A stretch of 63,668 bases of DNA, counting the filler, from Folioceros fuciformis (lineage: Eukaryota), in the NCBI GenBank assembly GCA_049999805.1. It is 4 parts of 2 records of this genome, joined end to end, with 100 filler letters (N's around TTAATTAATTAA, not from the genome) between each part and the next. Parts side by side here need not be neighbours in the genome. Positions count along the whole stretch, not along the records: positions 16,557 to 34,811 come from JBNGIO010006314.1; positions 34,912 to 60,557 come from JBNGIO010006314.1; 2 more parts are not named here. One strand, given 5' to 3'. Each line of letters opens with the position of its first letter. The first letter of the stretch is position 1. The translations under genes were made by a program, and so were the position numbers. The notes under the pieces were generated by a model. It saw only the letters and a list, made by a program, of their open reading frames with translations, searched no databases and was not told the DNA's origin. Positions 26,854-39,300 of this stretch are shown here, piece by piece.

Positions 26854-27327
26854 TTGTCCCTTCGGTCGTTTGGCTGTAACACATGTGTCCCTTCGGTCGT
26901 TTGGCCGTAACACATGTGTCCCTTCGGTCGTTTGGCCGTGACACATGTGTCCCTTCNNNNNNNNNNTCGGTCGTTTGGCCGTGACACATGTGTCCCTTCG
27001 GTCGTTTGGCCGTAACACATCTGTCCCTTCGGTCGTTTGGCCGTAACACATCTGTCCCTTCGTTCGTTTGGCCGTAACACATCTGTCCCTTCGGCCGTTT
27101 GGCCGTAACACATCTGTCCCTTCGGCCGTTTGGCTGTAACACATCTGTCCCTTCGGCCGTTTGGCCGTAACACATCTGTCCCTTCGGCCGTTTGGCCGTA
27201 ACACATCTGTCCCTTCGGCCGTTTGGCCCGGCCGTTTGGCCGTAACACATCTGTCCCTTCGGTCGTTTGGCCGTAACACATCTGTCCCTTCGGTCGTTTG
27301 GCCGTAACACATCTGTCCCTTCGGTCG
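26854..27327. repeat. 31-bp minisatellite, about 15 copies, with a small gap
   Basis: Unit tgtcccttcggtcgtttggccgtaacacat(c/g), period 31, no spacers. Confidence 0.95.
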
Positions 27328-27397
27328 TAGGGTACCATCTAGGCGTGTCCCGATCGGAACAAACCCTCATCGATTCGGATTCATCTCTCACTCACAG

Positions 27398-29190
27398 TCA
27401 TTCACTTTCTTTTTTGTTAGGGTTAGGGTTTGTGGTTCAGATTCCATCCTCCACATGTAAGGTTCATAGCCTTTCTTTTTCTTTAGAGTTAGGGTTTGTA
27501 GTTCAGATTCCATCCTCCACATGCAAGGTTCACAGCGGACCTTGCCGTTTAACGTTCACCATTTCTGTCTTGTGTGCACACATCTCTCTGGCCTCCATAC
27601 ACACCCCTAACCAGCCTCTTGTGTGCAAAGCTATTTCATAGCCCATGACGGCATGGCAGACTCGTCTCAGGTGCAAGGCTTCTCCTCCTCCTCCTTCCTA
27701 ATGTCCTACTCCTAACTCCTCCTTCCTAATGTCCNNNNNNNNNNTCCTAACTCCTCCTTCCTAATGTCCTACTCCTAACTCCTCCTTCCTATTGTACTAC
27801 TCCTAACTGATCACCCTTTGATGCGATGTGCTCGCAACGAACCTAAACCCTTGGTGATGCAAGGATGGCGGTGGTTTTTTTTTCCAGTGTGTAACTCGTA
27901 CTACTCCTAACTGATCACCCTTCAATGCAATGTGCTTGCGACGACGAACCCTAAACCCTTGGCGATGCAAGGACAGCTGTGGTTTTTTCCAATGTGTGAC
28001 TCGTACTTACAAACATGCACAACACTCGTACTTAAAAACATGCCCATGTTGTGTAGAACCCTAAACAAAACCTTATTTATCCCAATATGATGTACTATAC
28101 TAAGATGGCCCCTGTTACATAGGAAAAAATAATCTAGTTTACTATACTGCCCGTCACATAGGTGTATATGACGAACATGATGTCATTCACTTTCTTTTTT
28201 GTTAGGGTTAGGATTAGGGTTTGTGGTTCAAATTCCATCCTCCATATGCAAGGTTCATAGCCTTTCTTTTTCTTTAGGGTTAGGGTTTGTGGTTCAGATT
28301 CCATCCTCCACATGCAAGGTTCACAGCAGACCTCACCATTCTGTCTTGTGTGCACACATCTCTCTTGCCTCCATACACACCCCTAACTAGCCTCTTGAGT
28401 GCAAAGCTATTTCACAGCCCATGACGACATGGCAGGCTCGTCTTGTGTGCAAGGCTTCTTCTCCTCCTCCTTCCTAATGTTCTACTCTTAACTGATCACC
28501 CTTTGATGCGATGTGCTCGCGATGTACCTAAACCCTTGGTGATGCAAGGATGGCGGTGGTTTTTTCTAGTCCTACTCTTAAATGGGTGGTTTATTTCTAG
28601 TCCTACTCTTAACTGGTTTTTCTAGTCCTACTCTTAACTGATCACCCTTTGATGCGATGTGCTCGCGATGTACCCTAAACCCTTGGTGATGCAAGGATGG
28701 CGTGGTGTTTTCTAGTGTGTAACTCTTACTACTCCTAACTGATCACCTAACTGATCACCCTCCTAGTTTTTTCTAGTGTGTAACTCTTACTACTCCTAAC
28801 TGATCACCCTCCTAACTGATCACCTAACTGATCACCCTCCTAATTGATCACCTAACTGATCACCCTCCTAACTGATCACCCTCCTAGTTTTTTCTAGTGT
28901 GTAACTCTTACTACTCCTAACTAATCACCTAACTGATCACCCTTCGATGCAATGTACTCACAACAAACCCTAAACCTTGGCGATACAAGGACTTTCCGAT
29001 GTGTAACTCATACTTAAAAACATGCACAACACTCGTACTTAAAAACATGCCAATGTTGTGCAAGAACCCTAAACAAAACCTTATTTGTCCCCATATGGTG
29101 TACTATACTAAGATGGCCCCGTCATAGAGAAAAACATAATGTGGTTTACTATACTCAAATGAGTCCGTCACATAGGTGTATATGACAGAC
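27398..29190. repeat. Tandem duplication of a ~0.8-1 kb block with internal repeats and telomere-like motifs
   Basis: Copies start at ~27398 and ~28183 (cattcactttctttttt gttagggttagg); internal ctcctaactgatcacc expansions; aaccctaaa motifs. Confidence 0.85.
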
Positions 29191-29250
29191 ATCTATACTA
29201 AATTATATGACAGACATCTATACTAAATTATATGACAGACATCTATACTA
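29181..29250. repeat. 25-bp tandem repeat, about three copies
   Basis: tatgacagacatctatactaaatta repeated. Confidence 0.85.
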
Positions 29251-29339
29251 GATTTTAAAGTGTATTTCCATATAAAGTACATATTTGAAAAAAAAAAAAG
29301 TGTGTCCAACCACTGTCCCTATTGATATTCATGCTCAGA

Positions 29340-32300
29340 GGTCATTGATGCCAGAGCGAGCCATACCTGTCCAGCAGGGAAAAACAACTTGCTCAAACCC
29401 ACTTATACATTTCAGGATGTATTCCAAATTGATGCAGAATAGCAAAGAAAACACTCAAAATATCCTGCTGGATAGGAACATCCTTTGATAGTCGAAAGCC
29501 ATACCTGCAAACCGTAAGTGTACGGGAAATTGAATTACAAGACTAGCAAATACCAGTCATTCCTAGTGCAGCATAGTGCTCAAATCTTTTGAGTGCATGA
29601 AGTTCACGCTTTCACCAGGAAACGGCAATCTCTCTGCAAACTTGTGATGCAGATGTCGAGTACGATATCCTGATCGACAAATTCGCACCACTTCCAGCAC
29701 ACCACAACATTGTAGTTGCTGCAACACTAGCTCCTGCTCATACACCCCTGGATGCTGTGAAGTGCTTGGTTTAATGAAGCGAATGAAGTGAGGGGCTGTG
29801 CTCTCCAGTCTTTGCATCCATTTCGACAACTGGCCCTGCACTCATAGACAAGCCACATATTCACGTCTTGCTTCACACATCAGATCCAAATACCCCGTGT
29901 ACCTTGTTCATGAAAACTTAGTAACTTGAACTTGGTTGCCACAGTCTGCTTCTGTGATTCATTGACTGCAAGTCCTCTCCTTATTGAACTGATCAATTTC
30001 TTTACACTTTGAGAAATCTCGGCTGCAAAGAGCTGGGGCTCCGGGCACTCCCAGAATAAAAGAAGATTTAGAGGCTCGGCATGCAACAGATCCCTGTTCT
30101 CCTCCAAAAATCCTGTTCAATCATACACAACCTGCAAGCGGTGACAGGGTTGTAGCCTTCACACATTAACTGAACGCAGTTCTGGCATTGTACAATAAAG
30201 GGGACAAAAGGCAGGATCTTACTTACATCTCCTGCATGATGGCAAGTCCGGAACAGGGATGTGTTGCATGCCGACCAGGAATCCGGGTCTGGAAACAAAC
30301 GTTTCCCTGTTCCGGATGTTTCCAGCAATGAGATCAACCCAAGAGGTCTCTGCAAACCCGAGCATTGGCATTGGTGATTCATGACTGCCTCAACTGCTGT
30401 ATTCTCTCCATTGCAGGGATAGAACTTTATACCTCAAGGGAGGTCAACCGACCTTCTCTATCAGATCTAGACATTCTTCATTATCTTCAAAATCAACTTC
30501 GGTCCAATCAATCTCCTCTGACGTGTACTCCTGAAATGGATATGAATGAGCTATCTTTAGTAGTGAAACTTAAACAGAATGACGAACAGTCCAACTGAAC
30601 TATGTTCAATAAAAGGTTGACAAGTAGACATTGCATACAAAAAATGCACAAGGGCTAGCGACATGGCACCTCTTGCTCGAGTTTAAACAAGTGTCTGTTG
30701 AAATGCTGCTGCAACCTTTCATTCGAAGAAATCATAAATCATCGCTCAAAGATGTTTCTCTGCCCATGACACACGAGGAATTATACTTCAAGACACTTCC
30801 TGTCTCAAAGACATGATAAAGCATAGAGAAACAATTTCTCCCAAGCGCTTCAAGCAAGATTATACCTTGAAAGACTCAAACCCATAAATGTCCACAATAC
30901 TCATAGATCTGCCAGTCCTGCGCTTGCCCACTTCCAGGGATTTGTTGACACGTTCCACCAGCAACTCCAACAGTCCTGCATAGACAGATTTAGCCAGTGC
31001 ATCTCTAGGGTCGATAGCCTGACAACACAGAAGGCTTTACAAAGGTGAGCACACAGTGAACGGAATTCACCACAGTAACATTATCTGGACAAAAGCTTAA
31101 CGGAACACACCACACCTGGGCGACGTGAAGACTTCGTACTGCGTCATCAGACCCAGCTCGCATCTTTGTTAAGCACAGAGCTGAAGTCAGGTCTTCCGCT
31201 TTGCATGGCAACAAATGTGCAGCTGCTTCAAGGGCTGAGAAATGACAGAGTACCCTTCAGCAAAAACGAAGACTGAAATTTGTGACGTACGACTTACACC
31301 AACCAATTTGAGAATCCACTGGCCCTACTCACCTTCAACCTCAACCACATTTACATGACCATCATTCTCCACCACATGGAAGGAAATGCTTCCAATACAG
31401 AGCACTGCTGAAATCATGGCAAATGCAACTTCTTGATCCTCTTCGCTGATTTGCACAACATTCATTGCGCTCTGGAAACAGAGAACAAGGCATATGGTCA
31501 TTAGAGACCAAGACGTCAGACAAACAGAAAACCACCGGAGCAAGTACCAAAGAGATATAAACAGGTCGCATCGAGCATTTAAACACTCATTGCTTACCAT
31601 AACAGCATGAAACTGGTGTCCATCATTCACATTCTCGATCCGCATACAATCACTTTGGTTCAAGAACCGATTATGCTCGGCTGGCCTGACCCACAATCTC
31701 TGTACGTAGAGTTCAAGAAAAGGTATGAAGACCCGATGCAAAGCAGAAGAAACCTCTGCTAATCAATAATTTCTACAGGTGGCCGAATTCGGCAATACCT
31801 CCAAAGAGACCTATCAACCCCAGAACAGAGCTGATAAAATATGTGATAATTCCGCTCGCCTTTTGCCTTTTCTCCAGGATGAGAATCAGCATGTGCTAGA
31901 GAGACAAATAGGTGGACAGACACACAGAGTTCCTGAGAGTTACCTTCTCCGGCAAGTCTGTAAAGGTCCAGGAAACAGACAGGAACATGCAACCAAAACC
32001 GATTGGGTAACCGTGAGACGATCCAGCTGCTGCACAATTGCACAGGTATACAAAGAAGATATAGGGTAGCACAAGCCGGAAGACACGCTTACATGTTTGA
32101 ATCTTGGCACCACATATCTTGCCCGATCTAGCAAAACGTATGCCAATGAACTTTCCCTGCAGAAAAACCCCGCAGCAGCCCCCACACCCATGTGATGAGC
32201 TATGAATCTTGATGGCACGCCAGCTGAGTGAAGGATGTGATGAACAAATACTCACACAACGACTAGAGTTGTCAATTTTAAGCGTTTTGGCGTTTCCAGA

Positions 32301-32935
32301 AGCCTCCAAATTGGATTGGTTTGCAGTATGTCATTCTCAACACCACTACCCCCTCCAAGAACAGCAATCAGATTCGGAAAAAAAAGATGGATTACCTTCA
32401 TGTCCGACATGTGGTATGCCAGTATCTGATGATTATGGACTAATTAATCTCGTCTGCAAAACAATTCAGGACCGGCGAGCACCGTGAAAGATCGTTCTCA
32501 CTTCACCTAGGCAAAAGCACATAGTCTTTGCCTTTGGAAGCGCACGACATGCAAGAGTCTTCTGCACTAACCTGAAATCTTTGCATTGTAAGCACTACCT
32601 GCCACAAGGTACACGTGAGGACTCAAATTTTCCCCATTCTTCCGATAAGCTTGGACATGATCAGCCTAATAATACAAGGGTACTTTCTTGAAGGGATTGA
32701 CAGCAATCAACACAGGTCCAGCTCTAGTCTGCAAAGGATACCAACATTCAGCGTCGTCGAAGTCCACCACATGCACAAGTGACAGAGTTGAAGGTTCCAA
32801 TCAATTCCCTTACGTGTATACGACGTGCTGGTCATATTTGCATTGCAGGTTGTGGAGCACTGCAGGCTCATTCAGCCGGGGATGTCGGGTTTCGGGCAGT
32901 CGGGCCGACAGACAGACTGCCCGACGCAGATCAGA
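29340..32935 (-). pseudogene. Myosin VIII motor-domain pseudogene with introns
   Basis: LNEPAVLHNL, GPVLIAVNPFK, LGGGSGVE..LQTNP, GNAKT..DNSSR, GERNYHIFYQLC, RDALAKSVY, GKRRTGRS.SIVDIYGFESF, PHFIR.IKP, QLQCCGVLEVVRI. Stops and frameshifts present; P-loop not found. Confidence 0.9.
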
Positions 32936-33969
32936 TGCTGTCCTTACAAGAGACAAAGTTTGTACAGTTACATACTTACAAAGGACCGGATGGAATCCCA
33001 TTTAGGGAGGACTGAGTGTCACGTGTTGACCCCACTCGCCAGGTATAAGTACCGTAATGTAGTTTTACGTGTACAACGCAGGCAGCTGCTGGTGGATGCG
33101 GCCTATAAGGAGGCTATATACAGTACATGTATTGCCCTGTGGGCCGTATTCAGGGCATGTATTGCCATGTAGGATTTCCGGCATAACTCACCACGTACGT
33201 AGTATTTCGTACGAGTAAAACGGGTGGTTAAATTCCAGTGGAAAGCGGGAGTTCCTGGTGAATCGTGATACCCTCGGGGACCACCACCGAGCTTCCAGCG
33301 CCACAGGTTGGTTGCCGGCGCCCAGAAAAAGGCAGTGTCGTTTCTTTTCCTGTTTGGCGTCGTTTCTTTTCCTTTTTGGCGTCGTTTCTTTTCTTTTTTG
33401 GCTTGCACCTCCAAAGGGACGTGTAAACCCTGTGTTTGTAATATTACCTAGACAGAGGGCACGCGTACCCGCCCCTGGGACTGGTCAAACTGACACCTGG
33501 ATTACCTAGCCCGAACCGGCTAGCCGTCGCCCGAACCGGGGACACCCTTAAACCCTTAAATGTACAAGGTGGGCCACGGATGTGTATTGAAGTTCACATC
33601 ACGTGTGCTTGTTAGGTGTGAAGTGCGGCTTTGGATCGCTGGGTTTGCTCGGGCCACGAATGGCACGGCCGGACGCGTGGCGGATCTCAGCCTGTAAGAG
33701 TGCCTATATAAGAGTGCCTATAGAGTGCAATATGCCCAAGGTCCTCCTCTGCTTGCTTGTAGACGCAGCCGTTGCGCGTCCCCGAATTGTGTTGAAGGTG
33801 GCCGCTTCCCCTTCGATAGCACTGCGTGAAACAGCCGCTACAGCGGATCCGGTCCTTTTTCCTTTCTTCTCTCATTCTCAGTTGCAGCCAGAATCGTCAT
33901 TTTCTGTTGAAGCCCACAAATCTCTCAATTTGTGTTGAAGCCAACAATTCTCTAGTTCAGGTACTAGCG

Positions 33970-34683
33970 ATGCAGAAACCAGTGGCGCGGCCGAGGGACT
34001 CTGAGTTGCAGATGCAGATGGGGGACGACATCAGCCAGAGGTCGCTTCGGTTGTTCGCCGACGGCCAGCTTGACAACCGGGTGCAGAAGCTACTCATGTT
34101 GTGCACCGTGGTCATGGCGTGTTCATTCGCCGCGGTGCTGCAGCCTCCGGGGGGCGTCAACACGGACAATACTAACCGTGACAAGGTGAAGCTGGGACAG
34201 GCGAATCTCTGGCCGGATTCGATATACATGTTTATCTTCGTCGCCGCGACTAGCTGCGCAATGGCGCTTTCTTATTTCGCTGTCCTCATCTCGTTTTTGC
34301 TCCCGTCAAGGACGATTTGGGGGAGTGGGACAGCGCTCTGCTTTATTTCTGTCCAATGCCTCCTTGTTGCATTTTGTGCAGCACTGTTGATCGTCGTGGG
34401 CCAGGAGTGGAGCACTCTCATCATCTGTGCTTTCTTGCTGAATCTCTGCTCTTTATCTGCTGCAGCGTGTGCGCCAGGTGCAAGAGAATCTGGGACTCTA
34501 CTACGCATACGAGCCCAGACATCGTCGCTTCCTACGAAGCTGGCGAGCCCGAACTACCGTAACACTTCTGAAGGGCCTCTGCCCTTTCAATGCAAACGAC
34601 ACCGAGGGCGGATGAGGGCGGTACAGTCCGCCCTCCCTAAATGCTACCTGTTGGGTGTAGGGCATTGGGTAACATTTAAGTAG
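33970..34683 (+). pseudogene. Stand-alone PGG-domain gene, copy 2, frameshifted near the C-terminus
   Basis: SLRLFADGQLD..VQKLL..SFAAVLQPPGGV is near-identical to copy 1; 10-nt deletion at ~34449 relative to copy 1. Confidence 0.78.
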
Positions 34684-36381
34684 GCCTAGCAACTAGAGAA
34701 TTCAACTATTTATCAAAAAATAAAAATATTTAAAATTTTATTTGAAATGTAGAAATTAAAAAATATATTATATATAGTGTAATATATCTATTTATCTATT
34801 TTATTAAATACNNNNNNNNNNNNNNNNNNNNNNNNNNNNNNNNNNNNNNNNNNNNTTAATTAATTAANNNNNNNNNNNNNNNNNNNNNNNNNNNNNNNNN
34901 NNNNNNNNNNNCTGGGGAAGCCTACAATGACCGTGGGATTGATGTGGCCACGATACATGTGAGCGGGTGCCTGGTAGGGATACCATACCCGCTTGCCCAC
35001 ACAGGGGCACTAGGCTTGAGAAAGGTGACGCTTCGGGCGAGAACCATGACACCAATCTTAGGATTGTAAAGTTTGTAGGCTTTGGTTCTTTCACTATAAC
35101 CTACAAAAAGTAAGCCCTGTGCTCGAGGATCCAATTTCCTTTGTTTCTCAACAGGTATGTAACCAAAAGCCTGTGCTCCAAAAAACTCGGAGATGTAACA
35201 GACTTGGCTTCTTATGCCAAAACAATTTGTATGGCGTCTTTTGTGGGACAGAGCTTGTGAGTACACTATTCAAAATATATGTTGCTGTCACCATAGTTTC
35301 TGCCTGGTATCCTTGAGGCAAACCTACGCAGATGAGCATGCTGCGCGTCATTCCAAGCAGGGTTTGATTTTTCCTTTCTGATACTCCATTTTGTTGTGGT
35401 GTATAGGGTATAGTGAGCTGCCTTAACACTCCATGTTCTTGAAGGCAATCGTCAAAAGCAACATTAACAAAATCTGTCCCATTATCAGACCTAAGCATTT
35501 TTAACAGTTTTCCAGATTGCCTTTGAGCAATGTGCAACCAATCCTTGAAGTAGTCAAAGGTGTCACTCTTCAGGCGTAGAGGGAAAGTCCATGTATATCT
35601 ACTGTAATCATCCGTTAGGGTGAAAAAGTATTGAGAACCCCCTAGGGAAGGTACATGGAATTTTCTGGAGATATCTACGTGCACTAACTCAAGAACTTGG
35701 GTGGCTCTGTGTGCAGCTGCGTTAGGAAAGGGTGATTCCTTTTGATTCGCCAAGATGCAGGACTAGCACACTGGTAAGTTTTTGAAACACTTTGGTAATG
35801 GCTCCCTGTCACATTCAGTGACGGACATGTCAATCAGTTTTCCTCTGTTCACATGCCCTAGTCTTGCATGCCACAGCACCACCTCTTGCTCAGTAGTGAG
35901 TAAAGGAGTAGCAGTGGAGCAAGCTACATGCTTACTAGCCATTGTACGTGTACAGGCAATATCCAAGCGATATAATGAACTATCAGGGATCCCTCTGAAG
36001 ACACATCTGTGAGGAAGTGACTTCTTGTAGAATGAGCAATGTTGAGAATGAGCCACCATTGTGAAGGTACCTAGATGCATAAGCTGGCTCATGGACATGA
36101 GATTCTTTGACATACTAGGCACGAAGAGAACATCTTCGAGTATTAGGTTTGTGTTATCATGTAATCTGAATACACAATGACCTTTTCCTTCTATATGCAG
36201 GCTAGTCTTAGATTGCTCATCACCTAAAAAGACCTTGTCATGGATATGAGCAAGGTTGAGTGAAGTAAACAACTCCCTCTTTTTGCAGATCTGCGTGGTA
36301 GCCCCGAAGTTGAGGTACCAACTCTCATCATCATGTGTCGAGCTTGACAAACATATGGTGAGAATTTTGATTGGTACCTTT

Positions 36382-39300
36382 TGTAGAGGAAAAAAACTTT
36401 CAGAACTCCCATTTTGAAGAACAGAATGAACAAGTAGTGTTTTTTTTTTTTGTAAAGATGCGAGTGAAGCGGCTTAGTATGGAAATAATACTCGGGTATT
36501 TATACCCAAAAGGCTCCTTGGCCCTTGATGATTTGATAGGATTGTGTGACAGGACCAAGGAGAAGTGTGGGCGATGGTGCCCTTGGCCCTTGGTAGTGCG
36601 GGGCACTCAGGTGTCTATATATGTACCCCCCCCCCCGGAAAATAAGAAACAGGAAATGGGGTAGGGGCTGAGGTATTTGTGGACTTAGGCGAAAACCGGA
36701 GTGTGATGACTGGGAGACGGTAGCTGGTTGGGCGACCGTTGTGGAAGGGAAACCGGCAGTAGCCCAACCGGTGGTAGTGGAACGGGAACGGCAGCATAAA
36801 ACCCTAGGGTGAATCAGGGAAGACCTGGGCAGTAACCGAGGCAGAAACTTTCGCAAGTTGGAGCAGGAGCGGGAGTAGCCGCGAAGCGTGACGACGGCCA
36901 GAGGGGAGTAGAAGCTTAGGCAGTACAGCAAAGAGGGTGGAGAGCGCCGGCGACCACAGGTGCAGCAGGGCAGCAGGGTTCGGATTACGGGGGAGAATCA
37001 GGCAGGATGAGGTCACGCCAGAGTTGCTACTGGGAGTAACGGTACCTGAGCAGGAGGGAGACTCCCTTGTACCCAGAATTGATGTGCTCTAGTGGCCCAA
37101 CATGGAGCACTGGAGGGTCAGAGCCGGAGGACTGGTCGGAGAACTAGGCCTCGGGTTCATGATCCAGAGGTGGAATCATGCGGTGCCACAGCTGGTTAAG
37201 GAGTGCTCCCTGAAAATGAGAGAGCCTGTCCGAGAAGAGGGAATTTGCGGGAGACCCCAGGCATGGAACTTGGAGCTGGTAAGGCGAGTGTATGGCCGTG
37301 ACCAGCAGGAGGAGGGAGGACTAGTGCTGGAATCCCTGAAGAAACGACGGGGCACGGAGGAGGCTGAAGGGCTACTTAAACCAAGCACCAAGAAGGAAGC
37401 CAACGGGTGGCTTGTCCGCGACATGGCCAACCCTCAGTTGATGGGTGTGGCCAGGTGGTTCCTATGTTTCCTGCAAGTTTGCAAGCAGGATTATCTGTCC
37501 GACCAGATGCTCCTGTTTGTGCACGAGGTGGTCAAGGGGAGCAAGGTGGACTGGGGGAAAATCCTGTATGCCAGGATGGACGAAGAAAGGCATAATCTAA
37601 CTTGTCCTCTCCCCGACCTTCAATGATTTCTCCCTTTCTAATTCATATCTACTGCTATGCTAATCTCATGTCTGAGCTGGAAGTGCTCGCCTCACTGCAC
37701 ATGTGGAGACGAATAAGAGATGTAAAGTGGAAGCCCGCCGAGCCAGCGGGAGCCAACTCTAGCAGCTGGGAGTCAGGCGATGCGGATAGCTCGGAGGAGG
37801 GGACCCCCGCCAGGCAGAAGAGAAAGGCAGGGTCAAGGGAAAAGGCTCCCACCAAGAGGAGACGGCCCAGTGGTCAGATTGTCAGAAAAGGAAGCGGGTC
37901 GGCGTCACAGGAAGTAGACCTGGAACGGGCTGGGGGGGAGCATGGAGCTATTCAAAAACCAACAGACCAAGGGTTGGCAGAGTAGGAACCGAACGAAGAG
38001 GAACTAGAAGCACCCAAGAGCAGATGCCAGTGATGGAAGTGGCCCCTCCTGAGAGAAGGGGTGAATTAGGGCACGCTCTGGAACGGGAAGCCTTTCCAGA
38101 ATGGGAGGATGTTTTTAGGAAAATTCCTCAGGTGGATAGGTTGCAGGCAGGGGAGCTAGAGAAGATACGAGCGCTGCTGGGGAGGCAAATAACCAAGAGG
38201 GGAATGGCTCTTGTGGAGTCACAGGAGGTGGATCTGCCAGGGCTAACCTCATCCATGGTGCAGGCACAAGCGGACGTGTTGGACCAGGTGGCTAGGGCAT
38301 TGACTTGGCTGAGCAGGCAGGCGGAGAAGGAGGCCGAGGCTCGAAGTGGGGAGGTAGAGGCAAGAGGAAAGGAGTCCGAAGTCTGGAGACAGCTGGCGGA
38401 GTTTGAAACGGCACGACGATTCCTGGAAGAAGAGCGGCGGGTCCTGAGCGAGGGCAAGGCACAAGCAGAAGAAGAGGCGTGTCAGGCCAAGGCAGAGATC
38501 CAAGCGCTGATGGAGCAATAGGAGTCACTCCTAGCTCAGGTGAGGGTAGCCCATGAGACTCATTTGGAAATACAGCAGGAGGTGGCCAAGGCTCAGGAGC
38601 AGGAGATGGTTGCGATAGAACAAGCCCAGAAGCTGGCGGACAAGTATAAACGGGAGCGAGATGAGGCCAGGGAGCGAGTAAAAGGGAAGGGCAAGGCTGG
38701 GCATAGTGGTCAGAAGACGACGTTGGTAGCCGAAAGAGCTACCGGTAGTCCAGTTCCAGAACCGGTAGACGGAGGGGCTACTGGTAGTCGTGTTCCAGAA
38801 TCGGTAGCCGAAGGGGCTACTGGTAGTCGAATGGCCACACCAATGGTCTCGCGACGCCCGAGGTAGTTGAGGGGGCTACCGGTGGGGGAGGTACGGCGTC
38901 GGTAGCTGAAGCCACGACCCCAGTAGCCGAAGCAGTAAGGGCAGAGGCACTTGTGCCCAGGTGTTCTAGGAGGGCGACTCGCACTAGGCGAACTAAGCTG
39001 GGGGAAGCAATAGCAGCTAGGGAAATGGAGGACTCTCAGGGACCTCAGGAGAGCAGGGATCAGGCAGCCCGAGGTAGCCCAAGGGAAGAAGGGGTAAGCA
39101 CCTCCCTTATGACAGAGGGTTAGGTTATGCTGCAGTATGAGGAGGAGGCTTCTTATGTGCTAGGCCTATATGTGGAGGGAGCCCGAGTTCCGAAGCAGTT
39201 TTTGTATGTAGGTATGGGCACAGGAGGGACTCGGGGCTACGGCCTACAATTGAAGACCCGCAGGGGCATCTACTCCTACCGCTGGCGGGTATGAGGGCTA

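Noticed and set aside
26854-27327. Possible CRISPR array or repeat protein (ORFs 26750-27391 etc.)
   Set aside because: Units are contiguous with no spacers, there are no cas genes and the context is eukaryotic. The ORFs are by-products of a stop-free repeat.
33002-33550. Tourist-like MITE (tta|GGG ... CCC|tta)
   Set aside because: The TTA flanks fit, but the inverted termini match at only about 5 of 8 positions.
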